Assembly: GCA_030265395.1 (NCBI GenBank) | Contig: JARFYF010000059.1 | Coordinates: 22,028,161-22,092,160, forward strand | Length of the DNA stretch: 64,000 bases | Direction: 5' to 3' | DNA from: Rhina ancylostomus | Taxonomy: Eukaryota | Shown: piece by piece, positions 1-12,799 of the stretch | Numbering within the stretch: position 1 is the first letter of the stretch | How the letters are laid out: each line of letters starts with the position of its first letter | The notes under the pieces: generated by a model | Seen by the model: only the letters and a program-made list of their open reading frames with translations | Database searches by the model: none | What the model was told of the DNA's origin: nothing | Translations under genes and position numbers: made by a program

Positions 1-719
1 GATTTCCTGCATCACCAGCCTGCAAAAATCCAATGGCTTCTGCTACTCTATGGAATCCATGAGCCTTCAACAGGAGCCATGTTCAGAAGCTGCTGATGAA
101 TGAAAAAGGGTGAGGGTAGAAAAAATGGAGTCATAGAAAGAGGGGGAGGGCAGGCCAGGCCAGGTAAGTAGGCAGCTCTTCCCTTTCCTGGATTCTACCC
201 TTCCTCACATAGCTAGGTTGCAAATTTTAAAGCTTGCAACTCCTTAGAACAGTACAAGCAGTTAAAGGCTCCATTTTGCTTAGCATGATGGACAAAAATC
301 ATTGTCAGGTTAACATTAACCATGGCAATGGTCAGGAGAAACTGAGGAGGTGGCTGTCTCTTAGATAACATAATGCATAAGCAAACTCTCCCTTGGTCCT
401 TATACTAGAGAAACATGATTCACACACATTGCACTGTAAGCATGCTCCTTATATATGCACTATTATTGACAAGATAGCAATGCAAAGAAATGGGATAAAT
501 GTCATCCAAACAATAGCTTGATCAGGGCACAGGAGAAAGCTCCTAGTATCCAGATAACACTGATATTATGAGGATATCTGGTCACTCTGGCTTTGCTACT
601 GATAACTATACATCCTTTATAACAAATAATGATATTACAGCACATGCAAAGTGAAGTGACAAAGCCTCAGCCTCATCACTAATCTAAATGTTCTAAGGGT
701 AGTAGTCTAATCATCCCTG

Positions 720-1100
720 AGTTAAGATTCCAGTTCTTGATCTCCTCTGATTACAAAAAATCTGAATTGATACTTCAGTGCATTACTGAAGAAGTGTCCT
801 CTTTCAGATCAGGCATTAAAGTTAGGCTCTGTTTACATTCTCAGCTGAACATAAAATATTTCATGGACCTCTTGTGGGGAGCTCTCCTCAGAACCTGGCA
901 AATACTAATTCCTCAGCTAAATCAGTGAAAGCAGATGCTTTCATCATTATTGTTTTGCTGTTTGTGGGAGGTGCATTGCACAAATTTGCTGCTGCATTTT
1001 TATGTTACAATAGTAACTGCACCTCAGAAGGACTTAGTGATTTACGAATCCTGAAAACAATGTTAAAGATATTGCATAAATACAAGTCTTTCTTCCTTTT
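720..1100 (+). mobile_element. Deu-domain SINE (SacSINE1/AmnSINE1-like), degenerate
   Basis: tctttcagatcaggcattaaa...ggggagctctcc...ttgctgtttgtgggagg...tacaagtctttcttc resembles the Deu-SINE body and tail and other copies in this window. Confidence 0.65.
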
Positions 1101-4100
1101 TTCTATCTGCTGCTGATGTTGATTCAGATGAAGGTTGCTTATATATGGACTATATCCACAGATCAGGGTATGTTAAGATTTGTAAACCAGTGATAAGCAT
1201 CTTCTGAGAGGGTGCTTACTTCAAAGATGACTATTGAATTTGTATAGAAGGAAGGATATAATGATACGATCCAGGTGATGGCATTACTGGCAGGAGAAGA
1301 TTTGATTCTGCCACATCATCAATGTCTCATATGAATCCTATTTGGAAATGCCCATGTACTTTGAGCCTGAAGAAATCCAGGGAGCTTTACCACTATAGTT
1401 TGAATAAGTTTCTTGCTTCCAGTCCAGTTCAATCCATTTATCAATCACATGAAATTGATGACACAAGGCTATTGGGAGCAGAAAAGGTTGCATGAAGCCA
1501 TATGGGTCCTGCTAGATTGGAATGTTATTGATCATTCCCACAATCTCTCTGTGAATCACAATATCAGGAAGGGTGATATTTAACTGCTATTGAGTTGGGG
1601 ATGATTTTAAGGTTCAGGAGACTGCTCCCATAGCCAAGTTCAACTGCATGTCATTAAATTTTGTAAGGTGGGCAGATGACAGCTTTCTTGCAGGCCACAC
1701 TGCTAGCATGTTTAATGTCATCAGATTGATGACTGTATTTCACATCAGGAGCTCCCAGTCAATGGAGCAACTTTAAAAAAAATAGTAATGGGTGCCTTTC
1801 CCATGTCATTTTCCTGAATAGCAATCAAGGAAAATCAAGGACACACTGGAAGAGCACTTGGAATAGTCTATTCCAAGATACAAATGGCCAATTCCAAATT
1901 GGAACATGACAACCATTCCATTGAAGTCCAGGGGATGATGTTTGGTCATTTAGAATCTGTCACAAAAATCATTTGGATTAAGAGAATAAAATAATGACAA
2001 AAGAAAAAATCAAGCGAGTCTTCAATTAATCAAACAATGACTTACATTAAATCTTCTTGAGTATTAATCATAGTGGCCATAGACTTGCTGAGGTAAGCAA
2101 TACCACAACAGCATTTGGAAGGGCAATGACTGTAGCCTTGACTAGGTTTCAAGCTCTGATTGCCACTAATCTGAGAATATGGTTGGATGTTGAGGGTGGA
2201 CAGGGCTAGGTTTGTCTATGATACCCGAAGGCTTTACTGTTAAGCACATTGTGGAATATGATCACCTGTCTAAGGTGTCTTTGGGTGCTTACTGCCGATG
2301 TTAACATAATCTGGAAGGAGCCAGCTCCTTGGTCAGTTATGAGGGTGAGAAACAAGAGGGGAAATGGGGTTGTGGACAGAGGGAAAATACAGAGACATAA
2401 CCAAGTGCAAAACAAAATAAAATTTGTGAAAAGACATTTCAACCGATCAGGTAACTATTTAAAACAAAAAGATCATTATTTGCAAAGAGATCTAATCCAA
2501 GGACTAGATATTCTATTGGACCAAACAGTAACTGCAACACAAAGAGTTAAGACCGTCTCCCTCTCTTCCTCTTTGCTTCCAAAGTCTCCATTAGTGAGTA
2601 GAGGTTTATAGAGATCCGTCAAGTTTAAAGAAGACAGCTTCAAATCAAGATATTAACAAACAGAATGGCTTCCAGTTTATTTCTCTTAAAAATAACTGAG
2701 AGCAAAAAGTCAGACATTGCTGAGGTCTGTCGGATGCACTCCTGGATAGTATGGATTATCTCTCTGCCTCATATTCTTGTGAAAGCCAAATAACTAGGTG
2801 TCTGCAGTGAGAGAGACTAGCCAAGCTTCTTAATCCTCCCTTCATTCAGACTCTTAATAATGTTCTTTCATGACCTCTCTGGGAATCGGGGCCAAAATGA
2901 AGGCTGATAAATTAGTTTGGAGTGAACAAGTGAAGACTAGTTGTAAAGGTCACTCAAACTTTGTTCCTGATGAGGATTTATCTCAACTGCAGCTGTGGTA
3001 CACAAAGCCGTGAATCTAAACAGTTGAAATCCGATCTTCGCTCACTAAATTACAGCAGAGATAAGGCATAATAGATTTTACTCAGATCCCAACTGATGGA
3101 GTAAATGGAAGGAAGCCATTCATTTTGTTATTTCTTTTTTTATTAACCAAACACAAGGGATAAAAGTGACATGGAGATAACACAGGGAGGTGGAGATGTG
3201 GTTATTTCATGCTGCATTGACTTGATTATTTCAAAAATACTATCCACACAAAATCCTGTGGGATATAGTTTATTTGATTTATTTCACATTTCCAGCATTC
3301 AGAGTATTTTGGTGTTTTATTATTTATTTGTTTATGTCTGTATCATACAAGTCAGAAGAAATGCTGGTAGGTCCTCCTCAGGGAATGTGGAGTGATGTGG
3401 GGTGGTGGTAAAATAATGACTTATTGTCTTCTCACTCTTTAGGATATTTGAAGAATGACTATTGAAGAATGGCAAATGGTGAACATGGAACATGGAATAA
3501 CACCATCAGAATGACTATATTCAGGAAAGGTAATGTGTAGGAAAGGGGATAAAACTGACAAATTGAAAGAAAATATGGATTTCTTTCCCTGTGTTCTACT
3601 TAAGTCACAAAAATCAAAAATATTAATTAATCTTTCTTCCCCTTTATCTACACATTGTCTATTTAATGGTTCCAATTCTTCAAGAACGTGACTGGTGTTT
3701 ACAGTTCTCAGAAGTTTCTTCTGTGCCTTTTCATTTCAATGGCTTAGTAGGTTGTGATGAAAGCAGTGATTGTTCACTGCAAACTGGGCTGTGCAAAAAC
3801 AGGTTAGCTCTGTTTGGAAGATGTTTAATATAATTTAATTTAATTATGGATTGCATTTGAGTACTTACAGTTTTAGTGCTGAATAACACCTACAGAAAAC
3901 AGCTCAACTGAATAGAACCTTACTAAGTTAATCATTTCATTGTATGAAAACCACATAACAGGATGCACCCAAGTTCTCTGCTGAATAATCAAAGAGAATG
4001 TTGGAAGATGCATAGTATCTGTGGAGAGGGGGAGGTAGGGATGATGATGTTTACAGATGGAGATGGGCAGTTGCATCATAGTGGTCCTGTAATAACTCTC

Positions 4101-4429
4101 AATACCTCTTGGCAATAAAGAAATGGAGAGTAGATCATTCAGAGTTATCTTACATTCCTAGTGATCCCTTTGAAAAGTGTATTTCTGACAAATCATTATC
4201 TAAGTTTAAATCTGAATGGCCACATTCAAAGCATTAAAGAAAAAAACCCATACAATGGTATCTCCCTACAAGGTCAGCCTGCTTGGGGATAATCAGATGA
4301 TACCCTCCTCAGGCTTTAGGCTTGTAGGAAGAGGCATGTACTTGGATTTTGTGAAAAGATAACTTGGAACAGAAGTTGATGGGACATGTATGAGACATTA
4401 TGGCAGAAATGAATGTGTCCAAATAAGTT

Positions 4430-4540
4430 GCTATAGGAATGCAGGATTCCGGTGACAGCCAGATCAACCATGATCCTATTAAATGATGGAGAGGCTTGAG
4501 GAGTGAAATGGTTTACTTCTGCTCATAATTCATATGTTCA
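4430..4540 (+). mobile_element. CR1 LINE 3' tail fragment
   Basis: agatcaaccatgatcctattaaatgatggagaggcttgaggagtgaaatggtttacttctgctc is similar to the CR1 tail at 63530-63605. Confidence 0.6.
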
Positions 4541-5234
4541 TTTGTGTGAAATTTACTTCCTGATCCAGTAGGTAAATGGTCCAGTCTTTGGAAGGGACAT
4601 GCCTTTCATTTCTGATCTGGTAAATGCAGGGTAAAAAGTGAACTTCTGATACCTCTGGTCCAGTAGACTAGCACATGTTCAAATACTGGCAGTGAAGTGC
4701 AAGAAGGATAATTTTTTGGTGCTAAGCAATCTAGGACTTGTCTTTGCCAGAGAAGTTTGTGGTACAGATCATTCTGTCTTCACATCCTGAAGATTATTTT
4801 CATAAATTTCATTTATCTTAAAGTAAAAGTTATGAAATTTGGAGGGTTTATAGGACACGAAAAAGGGTATCTGGATTTCTGAATGAAATTAAAGATAAAC
4901 TGAGGAGAAATAGCTCTATTTATAATAAAATGCAGAAAATGTTAGAAATACTCAGCAGGTTAGTAGTATCTGTGAAGTTAATGTTTGGTCAATGACCTTC
5001 ATCAGATTTGCAAAACTTATCAATAAACAAGTTTTAAGATGCTGGGAATGAAGGAAGGGGAAAGGAGAACGAAAGGGAAGATTGGTGTTAGTGTAGAAAG
5101 AATATATTAGCAAGAAAGAATAAACTCTAAAGGAAAGAAGCCACAAAGTGAAAGATGGTATTAAGGATCACGTAAAAGAAACAGTCTGGTGGAAAAGTCA
5201 GAATCACCACCTAAAATTCAGACAGGGAACACCA

Positions 5235-5400
5235 TGGATGGTGGAAATCTGAAATAAAATGAAGTGCTGAGAATGCTCTCACCTGAAATTGGTAAACTCA
5301 GTATTGAGTCCAGATTGCTGAAATGTACAGTCAAGAGATTAAGGGCTAGAAAATTGTTCAGAGAAGTCCAAAATAAAGAGGCATTGTATTATTATTTAAA
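5235..5400 (-). mobile_element. Penelope-like element fragment
   Basis: gatggtggaaatctgaaataaaa...tgctgaga terminus, followed by aactcagtattgagtccaga similar to the GIY-YIG 3' region. Confidence 0.45.
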
Positions 5401-6329
5401 ATAGTATTTATGTGGAGTGAAGCAATTTTGCAAACATTCTGGGTGTCTCAGTACCCATTTCCAGTAGCATTTCCTCATTTTTATCTTTGCTTCACTTTTT
5501 TCTGGCATGAAACATCCTAAATGATGTCAACAGCAGTACAAAGCCAAAAATTCATCATCAGCAGGATTTTCAATCAGACTGGTCTGAATGACAGTTGTTG
5601 TTTGCTCACAGAACAACCAGTTTTTCTAACACTAATTGCTCAGAAACAGCATTTTTAAAGGGCCAATCCCATTAAAACTGTATTCATAAACAGACTGCTG
5701 CACATCTCTCTTTGCAATCACAGGTTACTTTACACACTGCTTACACTGTGACTTAGCCTTTGTCTATATCGTCTTCACACACATTGCTGCAACCAAAACT
5801 GACGTACATTGGACATTTGACTAGACGTAACACTCCTCTTCATCAAGTACACGGGTGTGCAATAGACACTACTGAGATGTGCATGAGGAGGCACAGAATG
5901 GCTCAGCATCCACTTTATCACCATGCTCACAGTGAGTCATACTCTTATGTATATTTTTCAGTAAAGTAGTGACAATTTAGGCTATGCATCCACAAAGTAG
6001 TCCTCAGTGGCAAAAGTGATCTTTATAAATACTCAAGTACAAGCTCATACATGTGCTTGCACAGCTATCATGGCGAAAGTCAAGGTCACTCTCATTCTCA
6101 ATTTAGTAATGCCATGATTATTCCTGCCTCCAGCTCCTAATATACACCATATATCCAGTTTTTTGCTCACTGCTGCATTAGGGAGATCAGTGAAACTCTA
6201 CTCCACAGGATAAGTTCATCCAGCTCTCCCTCAATCCACAGGAGCAGGAAGATCAGGAACAGGCATGTGCCCTCGTTGTGGTCTTCCTCAAAGCGCAGGA
6301 CCTCATAGACAGCATTCAAGTGAAAATAT

Positions 6330-6930
6330 AAAACACAAGAGAATCTGCAAATGCTGGAATCTGGAGCAACACACACAAAATGCTGGAGAAACTCAGCAGG
6401 TAAGGCAGCATCTATGGAGAGAAATAANNNNNNNNNNNNNNNNNNNNNNNNNNNNNNNNNNNNNNNNNNNNNNNNNNNNNNNNNNNNNNNNNNNNNNNNN
6501 NNNNNNNNNNNNNNNNNNNNNNNNNNNNNNNNNNNNNNNNNNNNNNNNNNNNNNNNNNNNNNNNNNNNNNNNNNNNNNNNNNNNNNNNNNNNNNNNNNNN
6601 NNNNNNNNNNNNNNNNNNNNNNNNNNNNNNNNNNNNNNNNNNNNNNNNNNNNNNNNNNNNNNNNNNNNNNNNNNNNNNNNNNNNNNNNNNNNNNNNNNNN
6701 NNNNNNNNNNNNNNNNNNNNNNNNNNNNNNNNNNNNNNNNNNNNNNNNNNNNNNNNNNNNNNNNNNNNNNNNNNNNNNNNNNNNNNNNNNNNNNNNNNNN
6801 NNNNNNNNNNNNNNNNNNGAATGTAGGGGACACAAGAGACTGCAGATCTCTGCAAGGTCTCAAAACTTTAACACAACGTTTTTGCTTCTACTGATGCTGC
6901 TTGACCTGCTGAGTTCTTCCAGCAGTATAT
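6330..6930. mobile_element. Penelope-like termini flanking an assembly gap, in opposite orientations
   Basis: acacaagagaatctgcaaatgctggaatctggagcaac...gcagcatctatggagagaaataa lies before the gap; gatgctgcttgacctgctgagttcttccagca lies after it. Confidence 0.75.
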
Positions 6931-7059
6931 TTCTTGAAAAAGAATGTAGGAGTTACAAAGTACAGAGCAGGAAGACAGGCCTGGCAGGTCAGGCTGGCCA
7001 TGTCCTCCTCTTCTAGAGAAAATTAAGAGAAAAGAAGAGGGGGAGAAAGCAAAGAAGCT

Positions 7060-7335
7060 AAACCAATATCACCGATGGATGACTGATACAGACAGGAATC
7101 AAGTTGCCTGAAGTTGGAGAATTCAATATACTGTAAAATCTAGAAGGCCATAACATGCCTAGACAGAAGATGTGGTGTTGTTCCTCAAGCTTGTGGTGGG
7201 CCTCATAGTAACAGTACAAGAGGCCACGGAATGATAGGTTAGAGTGGTAGTGGAATGGAGAATTAAAGTGGCAGACAATAGGAAGCTCAGGGCCACCCCA
7301 TGGGCTGAATGTAGGCATTCCACAAAGTGTCAACC
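7060..7335 (-). mobile_element. Penelope-like element, C-terminus of the GIY-YIG endonuclease region (decayed)
   Basis: ORF peptide PELPIVCHFNSPFHYHSNLSFRGLLYCYYEAHHKLEEQHHIFCLGMLWPSR matches the HFN...KLEEQHLIFRLG.LQP.G pattern of vertebrate PLE ORFs. Confidence 0.8.
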
Positions 7336-7679
7336 AATAATTACATGGGAGAAACCAAACACACAGGGTGACCGTGAACCATTAGAACATTTCTGGATAC
7401 CTTTTTATGTTTCCTATCAGTCTTTATTCATGCTTCCTCTTTACTTCTCTTCTGTCATTTTTTTATTTTGCCTCTGAACTCTCTGTAATCAGCCGAGGTA
7501 TCACATATTAACAATCTAATATTGTCATAGGCCATTTTTTCCCTGCCCTATTTGACTCTTTTTTTTTCAGTCATTCAGTGAGCTTTGACTTTAATTTCCC
7601 TACCCTTCTCCCCCTGAGGAATACACCTAGACTGTAACTGAAACACAAGCCCTTTTAAAGGCTTCCCACTGTTTAATTG

Positions 7680-8130
7680 CATTTTTGCCTCCCTGGCCAG
7701 ATCAGACCTCATCCCATTGAAAATGGCCCTTGTCCAATGACTAATTTTACCTTGGAATGGTCTATATCCTTTTCCATAACTATTCTAAATCTTTTCATAT
7801 TATGATCACTGATTTCTTGATATTCCCTCATTGACGCTTGCTCTACCTGACTATGATTATTTCCCAGATCTAAGTCCAGCAATGCCACCTTCCTCAATGG
7901 GCCAGAAACACATTGATCAAAAATGTTTTCCTGATCGTACTCCATAGCTTTTCCGACTCCTTGCCCCTAGTGTAATCATTATCCCAATTTATTTTTGGAT
8001 AGTTGAAGTCCCCACCATTACTACTCAATGGCTTTTGCACATATCTAGTATTTCCCTGAAAATTTGCTCTTCAATATCCTTCCCATTAGTTGGCAATCTA
8101 CAGAGTAGTCCCAGTAGTACAACTGGACCT
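7680..8130 (-). mobile_element. CR1 LINE ORF2 endonuclease fragment
   Basis: Minus strand encodes V.MVGDFNYPKINWD and QENIFDQCVSGPLRKVALLDLDLGN...SDHNMKRFRIVMEKD, containing APE-type GDFN, LDL and SDH motifs. Confidence 0.85.
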
Positions 8131-8264
8131 TTGTTCTTTTTTATGGATAGATTCTCTCTCTCGTCTCTCTTCTCTTACTGGTGCATGGCACAAGGAGTAA
8201 TCTGGAGATTATCATCTTTACAGTACTGCTTCTTAATCCCTTTCCTAATTCTCTAACATCTACA

Positions 8265-8510
8265 TTAAGGAGCTTGTGGTTTTTTTCTACCTATGTCATT
8301 TCCTTCCACATTTGAAAGACATGCAGGTTGTTAGGTTAATTGGACATTGTAAATTGCCCCTGGTGTGTAGGTGAGTGGTAAAATCAGTTGATGAGAATGT
8401 GGGGGTAATAGGTTAAAGGCAAATTAGTGGGGAATAAGATTGCTTTGTAAACAAGCACAGACTTGATGGGCCGAAATGGCTCCCTCTGTAGTTATTAGGA
8501 AATATAGAAG
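8265..8510 (+). mobile_element. HE1-like V-SINE, 5'-truncated
   Basis: tttccttccacatttgaaagacatgcaggttgttaggttaattggacattgtaaattgcccc...gatgggccgaaatggc; homologous to 49650-50005. Confidence 0.75.
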
Positions 8511-8559
8511 CATGGATGGTAATTTCTCACTGTTCATGGTCCCCCTCTAGAACTTGCTA

Positions 8560-8880
8560 TGGCCACTTCATTCTGGCATTAGGGAGGCAGTATGCTGTCC
8601 TAGAAACAAATTAGCAGCCACAGAAATATCTGTCTGTATCCTAATTATAAAATCATAAGTATTGCTCCTTTGACTTTTCATCTCCCTCCCAGTACAGTTC
8701 AGCTACACATGGTGCCACTGTTTTAGCTGTAGATGTACTCCTTAGGGAAAGTATCTTCCCATCAATGCTCAGGACTGATTATAGGTTAGAGAGCAAGATA
8801 CTCTGAAGAATGTCCTGCACCACCTATCTGCTCTTTTTGGTTCTTTGGTGGTCAACCACTTACTCTCTGACTGCACTCTC
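8560..8880 (-). mobile_element. CR1 LINE ORF1 (esterase-like) remnant
   Basis: Minus strand gattttataattagg.atacagacagatatttctgtggc...tgcctccctaatgccaga resembles the GDSIVRGTDRRFCG...CLPGAR motif. It is colinear with the endonuclease fragment at 7680-8130. Confidence 0.55.
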
Positions 8881-10673
8881 AACTATGTGGGTACATTGTG
8901 ACAAACATGATGCATCAGTATTCATTCCTGATTGAACAAGTACTGTCAGTCAGTAACAGTAAAACAAGTCTGTGACAGGAAACAGGTCTGAAAAAGCCAA
9001 AGAGAAAAGAGACTGAGGCCTTTTTTCAGCCAAATACAAATAGAATAAAATTATTTCCAGGGACTATTTCAGAATGTCTGTTAAAACAATTCAGAGAAAA
9101 AGTTATCCCTTTCTAAAAAAGAGGCAAAGAGTGGCCACAAATTATAGAGACTCCATAATGACCTCATCTAATCTTGAGATATCAATTTATTATAAATAGT
9201 TTCAGGGTTTTAGTCATCCTATTTTACTTTTTAAACCCTTCCCTCCTCTTTTGAAGGCTTTTTAAAATATAAACTTTGGTCTTTGATGCGTTACTTGTTC
9301 TGTGTCAGGGTTGTGATGATGATTGGCCACAGTGTTCCTTGACTTCCTAGACTAAATAGACAGGTGGTGAGGGAAGTGGGGGGGTGGTGGGGGAGACCAC
9401 TCATGGTAATGATCACTTGTGTAATGTGAACATCAGGTAAGAGGACCACTTCACTGCACTGTCATTTGTGTTTGATCATCTGACCACATTTGACCCTACC
9501 ATTTTCTGATTGTTGTAATTTTAACGACGGCAGTTATCCACACTGTTGGGTTCAATTTAATATTGATCAAAACAATCAAGATTATAAGGCTTCAGTACCC
9601 GACTCTCACTTGAATAAGGGCCCATTTGATGAAGTAAAAAAGCATGAAGCACCTGTGCAAATGCATCCCACCATGAATCCGCTCATGCAGATAAATGGGG
9701 AAAGAAGGATAATCCAAAATCATTTGTTCTTCTCTAAATATGGCCATTAAAGTGTTAAGATTCACCCCTGCAATTGTGCTTTGGGCTTGGAAAGTCACTC
9801 TCATTTTTCTTTCCTACCGACTTAAAACAAAAACATGATTATGTCTGAGAAATTTACGTCGCATTTTATGCAGTTTAGAAGTAGAAAACCCAGCCTCTGG
9901 GTTTAACAGATTGTTCCTCATTCCTATAATCAGTCTTTGTTCAAGCTACACTGGTGAAATCAGCCAAACTTGTTGAAAACAGTTCAGTTCATGCGTATCT
10001 TTCAAAAAATGTATATGAAAACATAAGAGATGTTTCCTCTTCCCTTTCAAATAAGGCTGTTCCAGTTCAGGAAAGACAGTTATTCCCATACCAGTCAACA
10101 GTTTTTCCCCTTCTGGGATGGGAATAAATCTTTGGTTTTCTCTGGTATCCGGGTGAAGGGGTGAGATGAGTCAGAGTGCTCTCTTTAATAGAACAGCTGA
10201 AACAGAAATCCAGGTATGCCGAAGCAAGGTGAGGTTCCTCTCCTTTGCAATTTTGCCCACTTTCCTTAAGTTTTTACCTCCTGCAGGCCTACCTCCTAAC
10301 TGGATCTTTTTGAAAATTCCAGATTTACAAACAACATTGGTCACATTGCCTGTCTTTTACATCTTGGCATAGTGACTTTATCCTATTCTCTCAAATTTCT
10401 GACTAGTATCATCATATCATTACCACTGCCAATTCAAGCCATTTGTACTGATTGTGTTGGCTACTTTTTATCTGGATTCACTGGCTTACTTTCACCTGTT
10501 TCCTTTCCAGTGATATGAAGTTTGTCTGGTAGATTTCTAGATTAAAAATGTCAGTTATGCTTGAAATGTAAAGGCACTTTGCCAACTGAATGACCCGGAG
10601 TGAGTTAGCTGTCTTTGCCACAATAGTATTAATATTTTTAAATTGATCTCTGTATTCTTGAATTGAAATTGAG

Positions 10674-10698
10674 GTGTGTGTGTGTGTGTATGTGTGTG
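10674..10698. repeat. (TG)n microsatellite
   Basis: gtgtgtgtgtgtgtgtatgtgtgtg. Confidence 0.85.
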
Positions 10699-11884
10699 GG
10701 AGTGGTAAATCAGAGTTTCTGCTCTTCATATCTATTGAAACCTCAAAACTACAATTTATTGGAAAATTCACATATGTATTCAGTGGATGAGAACATGACA
10801 GATTGGTGACTGGTCATGATGCCTTCCACAGCCAAACAGCTTACTGGCAATCTGAACTGAACAGGAAAGAAGCTCCTGGAGATCCAAATGTTTGCAAGTC
10901 CAGGAACAGTACTGGATGCTGGGAAAGAAGAAACACACAAATGGAGCAATGTTCATTATTTTCTTAAAAAGATTTAGGGGCACTGCCTCATTAACCTAGG
11001 ATAGTTTATATTAATGGCTTGTCCATGGGTTGTATGTCATTATCTCATTAAAAATTCCAATCAAGCATACCACTGGCTCAAAAATCCCTTCAGAGAAAAT
11101 GAGAAACCCATGAATTTTTTCATTTCCATTTGATTTTAGCAACAACCTCAAATAAAATAAACAGATTCCACATAATTATAAAAAGTTGTTAACGCGTAAT
11201 TGAGGCTGGACAAACATGCAAAATAATGAGAGAATTTTTTTTCAAAGAGAAGTATCTAATTATCCCCATGTCTGTCAGTGGGTAACACATGACATGGGAG
11301 TTATACTACACAGTTGAGAGTGAAACTGGGGCCCACCTAGTTTTTGTCCACTATTTCTTAGAGCACAGGAGATTTGTATCATCCAGTTTTGGTTTCAAAA
11401 TAGGCACAACACCCTTACATATTTAATCTAATTTATTGTTCTGTTTAAGCAGTCCATGCCTAAACCAGAAGGCCCAAAATGGCACAAGATTTTGTGTTCA
11501 ATAATTAATATACAATGCCTGTGAAATTCTGCTGTATTAGTGACCATGGGCCTGTTCTATCAAACTTAATTTTTGAGGATAAAATGTGGAGCCTGGAATT
11601 GAAGTTGGGGAGAGAGGACTGATATTCATAGGCCTGATTGGAGGGGCCAGTGATTAGTTCATGTTGCTGATGGTGGTAGGGAAAATGGCTACGGATTAGG
11701 GATTCTAACACGGAGAGGGTTTGTCCTGGGCTGATTGGAAAGTCAGGAAGGAAGTCAAAGATCATTGGACCAAAAATGGACAGGGGCTTATTCTGGGCCT
11801 TGGGCGACCGGGGTCTTTGGGGAGGGAGATCTGTGGTGGAGGTACAGTCTGAAAGATGAAAGGTTATTATTGGACCTAACTGAA

Positions 11885-12010
11885 AATCAAAACAAAATGC
11901 AGATGCTGGAAATCTGAAACAAAAACAGAAAATGCTAGGTCAGGCAGCATCTGTGGAAAGTAAAACAGAGTTTATTTTTCAGGTTGAAGACCCTTTATCA
12001 GCTAGTTTGG
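11885..12010 (-). mobile_element. Penelope-like terminus with degenerate hammerhead motif
   Basis: tgcagatgctggaaatctgaaacaaaaacagaaaatgct...; minus strand reads CTGATAA-AGGGTCTTCAACCT-GAAA. Confidence 0.75.
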
Positions 12011-12799
12011 ATGAAGNNNNNNNNNNNNNNNNNNNNNNNNNNNNNNNNNNNNNNNNNNNNNNNNNNNNNNNAGTATTTTCGGGTTTTATCAAGGGACCTA
12101 CCTTACTTAGCAGGGTTCTAGTCCTGTGATGCACTGTGAAGACCTAATAGGGTCCCTGGATAACTTGCTCTAATTTCAGTAGCAATGCTTCAAAAACAGG
12201 GAATGACATCAATCAATGCACATCTAATGTGAAAATTGCTGCAGATGTGCAACAGTGAACGCTGGGACATGCCTGGTCAAATTTCCAGGGTAATACGATA
12301 GAACCTGGAAATGTTGGTTTTGCATCTCTGTGGTAAAGTCCATTTCATTTGCATAGTGCTGAAATAAGCAGTGTTGTGTGATTTAGGTTCCAGATAATAA
12401 TGCCCTTAACACATTCAAAGAGGTGAAATGCTTCATTGTTTTTAGGTGCCACAATGTTTTTATGTGCCATGTGACAGCATTTTATCAAAAATCTGATTGG
12501 TAATATAATCAAGCAGTTCATTCACAATGCTACCCTTCTAGATTTTTGTTCAGTATCTTTCATGCATATGGCATGCATATGCAGAGATTGTTGAGCATAC
12601 ATAGTGACATCCAAAAACATCCAATGCTTGTTTTGGCATTATTTGTGCAAAATAGTTCTAATTAACAGCATATTCTGGCAGACCTTAACCAGACCTTTGA
12701 GGCCTGCCTTGGCATTACTAGAAGGGGGCCTTATGGGCTCTTTTTAAGTATTTTCTCTGAGAGCAATCACAACTCCATTCCACCACAGCCTTAAGGAAG

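Noticed and set aside
2249-2611. 120-aa ORF and the other 60-135 aa ORFs
   Set aside because: No recognisable domains or supporting exon structure; consistent with chance ORFs or transposon debris.
2967-2990. CTGATGA words at about 2967, 19077 and 46278 as hammerheads
   Set aside because: No stem II followed by GAAA and no stem I pairing.
6167-7016. Long ORFs spanning N runs (also near 15.6, 19.2, 23.1, 31.3, 36.1 and 47.3 kb)
   Set aside because: Open only because the N bases contain no stop codons.
9370-9395. G-rich tract as a G-quadruplex
   Set aside because: Marginal G-run arrangement and no supporting context.
10490-10536. Possible PRDM16 exon 3 (tag|AAATC...GAAA|gtaagc)
   Set aside because: The 47-bp form is out of frame with a stop. 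The 36-bp alternative (TNFISLERKQVK) does not resemble exon 3 and has a weak pyrimidine tract.
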